64,000 nucleotides of DNA from Macrostomum hystrix (taxonomy: Eukaryota; Animalia; Platyhelminthes): assembly GCA_950097015.1 (NCBI GenBank), contig CATNEN010000039.1, forward strand, positions 11,098,001 to 11,162,000, read 5' to 3'. The notes below the pieces were generated by a model, which saw only the letters and a program-made list of their open reading frames with translations, made no database searches and was not told the origin of the DNA. Positions within the stretch are counted from its first letter, which is position 1. Each line of letters opens with the position of its first letter. Made by a program: the position numbers and the translations under genes. Shown here piece after piece: positions 63,480 through 64,000 of this stretch.

Positions 63480-64000
63480 CTATCGACAGGAAGATTATTA
63501 AAATTTAGAAGATGGACACTTCTAGCATCCATGTCTAAGCTTCCAGGTTTGTTAATATTTCTCTTCATGTGCTCTTCTCCCCTGCTTGCCTCAATCAATA
63601 AACAGCGGCCCCAGTGCGTGACAACGATTGTTTTGCGAGCGCCGGTAGGCGCTAGGCGGTAGGCGCTCGCAAAACAGTCGTTGTCACGCACTGGGGCCGC
63701 TGTTTATTTACTCATTAAATCGATGTAAATAAATTGATTTAATTTGAACTTTCGCTATGTTAGAGTTATGAGTCAAATTGCAATAATTTGCGCCGATGCA
63801 CCAGCAGACAGCACTCCACTCTACCTCGGGCCTCAAACGGTATAATATAAATTTTGATATGCTAGGACAGAAAGGGGGTCGACAGCGAGGAGAGACAAAT
63901 GAGGGTATGAAAACCCTGGGGTGAATGTACATTGGGGGGGTTAACAGACGATAGATAACGCGTGCAGAGGGAGAGCAAAACAAGGTGGGGGCAGACGCTA

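Larger units (their letters stand above)
52133..64000. repeat. Right arm of giant inverted duplication (reaches the window end)
   Basis: Reverse complement of 50353-38440 and then 30570-30050, with few substitutions. Confidence 0.95.

Overview
Eukaryotic, repeat-rich invertebrate genomic DNA. A flatworm-like origin is inferred from the polyQ genes, divergent GPCRs and satellite density, but is not proven. 1-17.5 kb: a string of minisatellites, an intronless class A neuropeptide-type GPCR, a hAT MITE, an intact mariner and an orphan membrane-anchored ORF. 18-29 kb: an RNase H-containing LINE interrupted by a P-family element and by a Helitron that itself carries a hAT MITE, followed by a DIRS/Ngaro-type tyrosine recombinase remnant. 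From ~30 kb to the window end: a giant inverted duplication (spacer 50354-52132). It duplicates a Crypton-like pseudogene, a decayed Gypsy, a Helitron end, a spliced divergent GPCR and a 22-bp satellite. The left arm holds a young full-length Gypsy element (30571-39154) where the right arm has only a solo LTR. Top finding: this Gypsy carries an intact extra ORF in the env position, encoding an HPD-less J-like domain fused to a TatD-like DNase fold that has lost most of its metal ligands.
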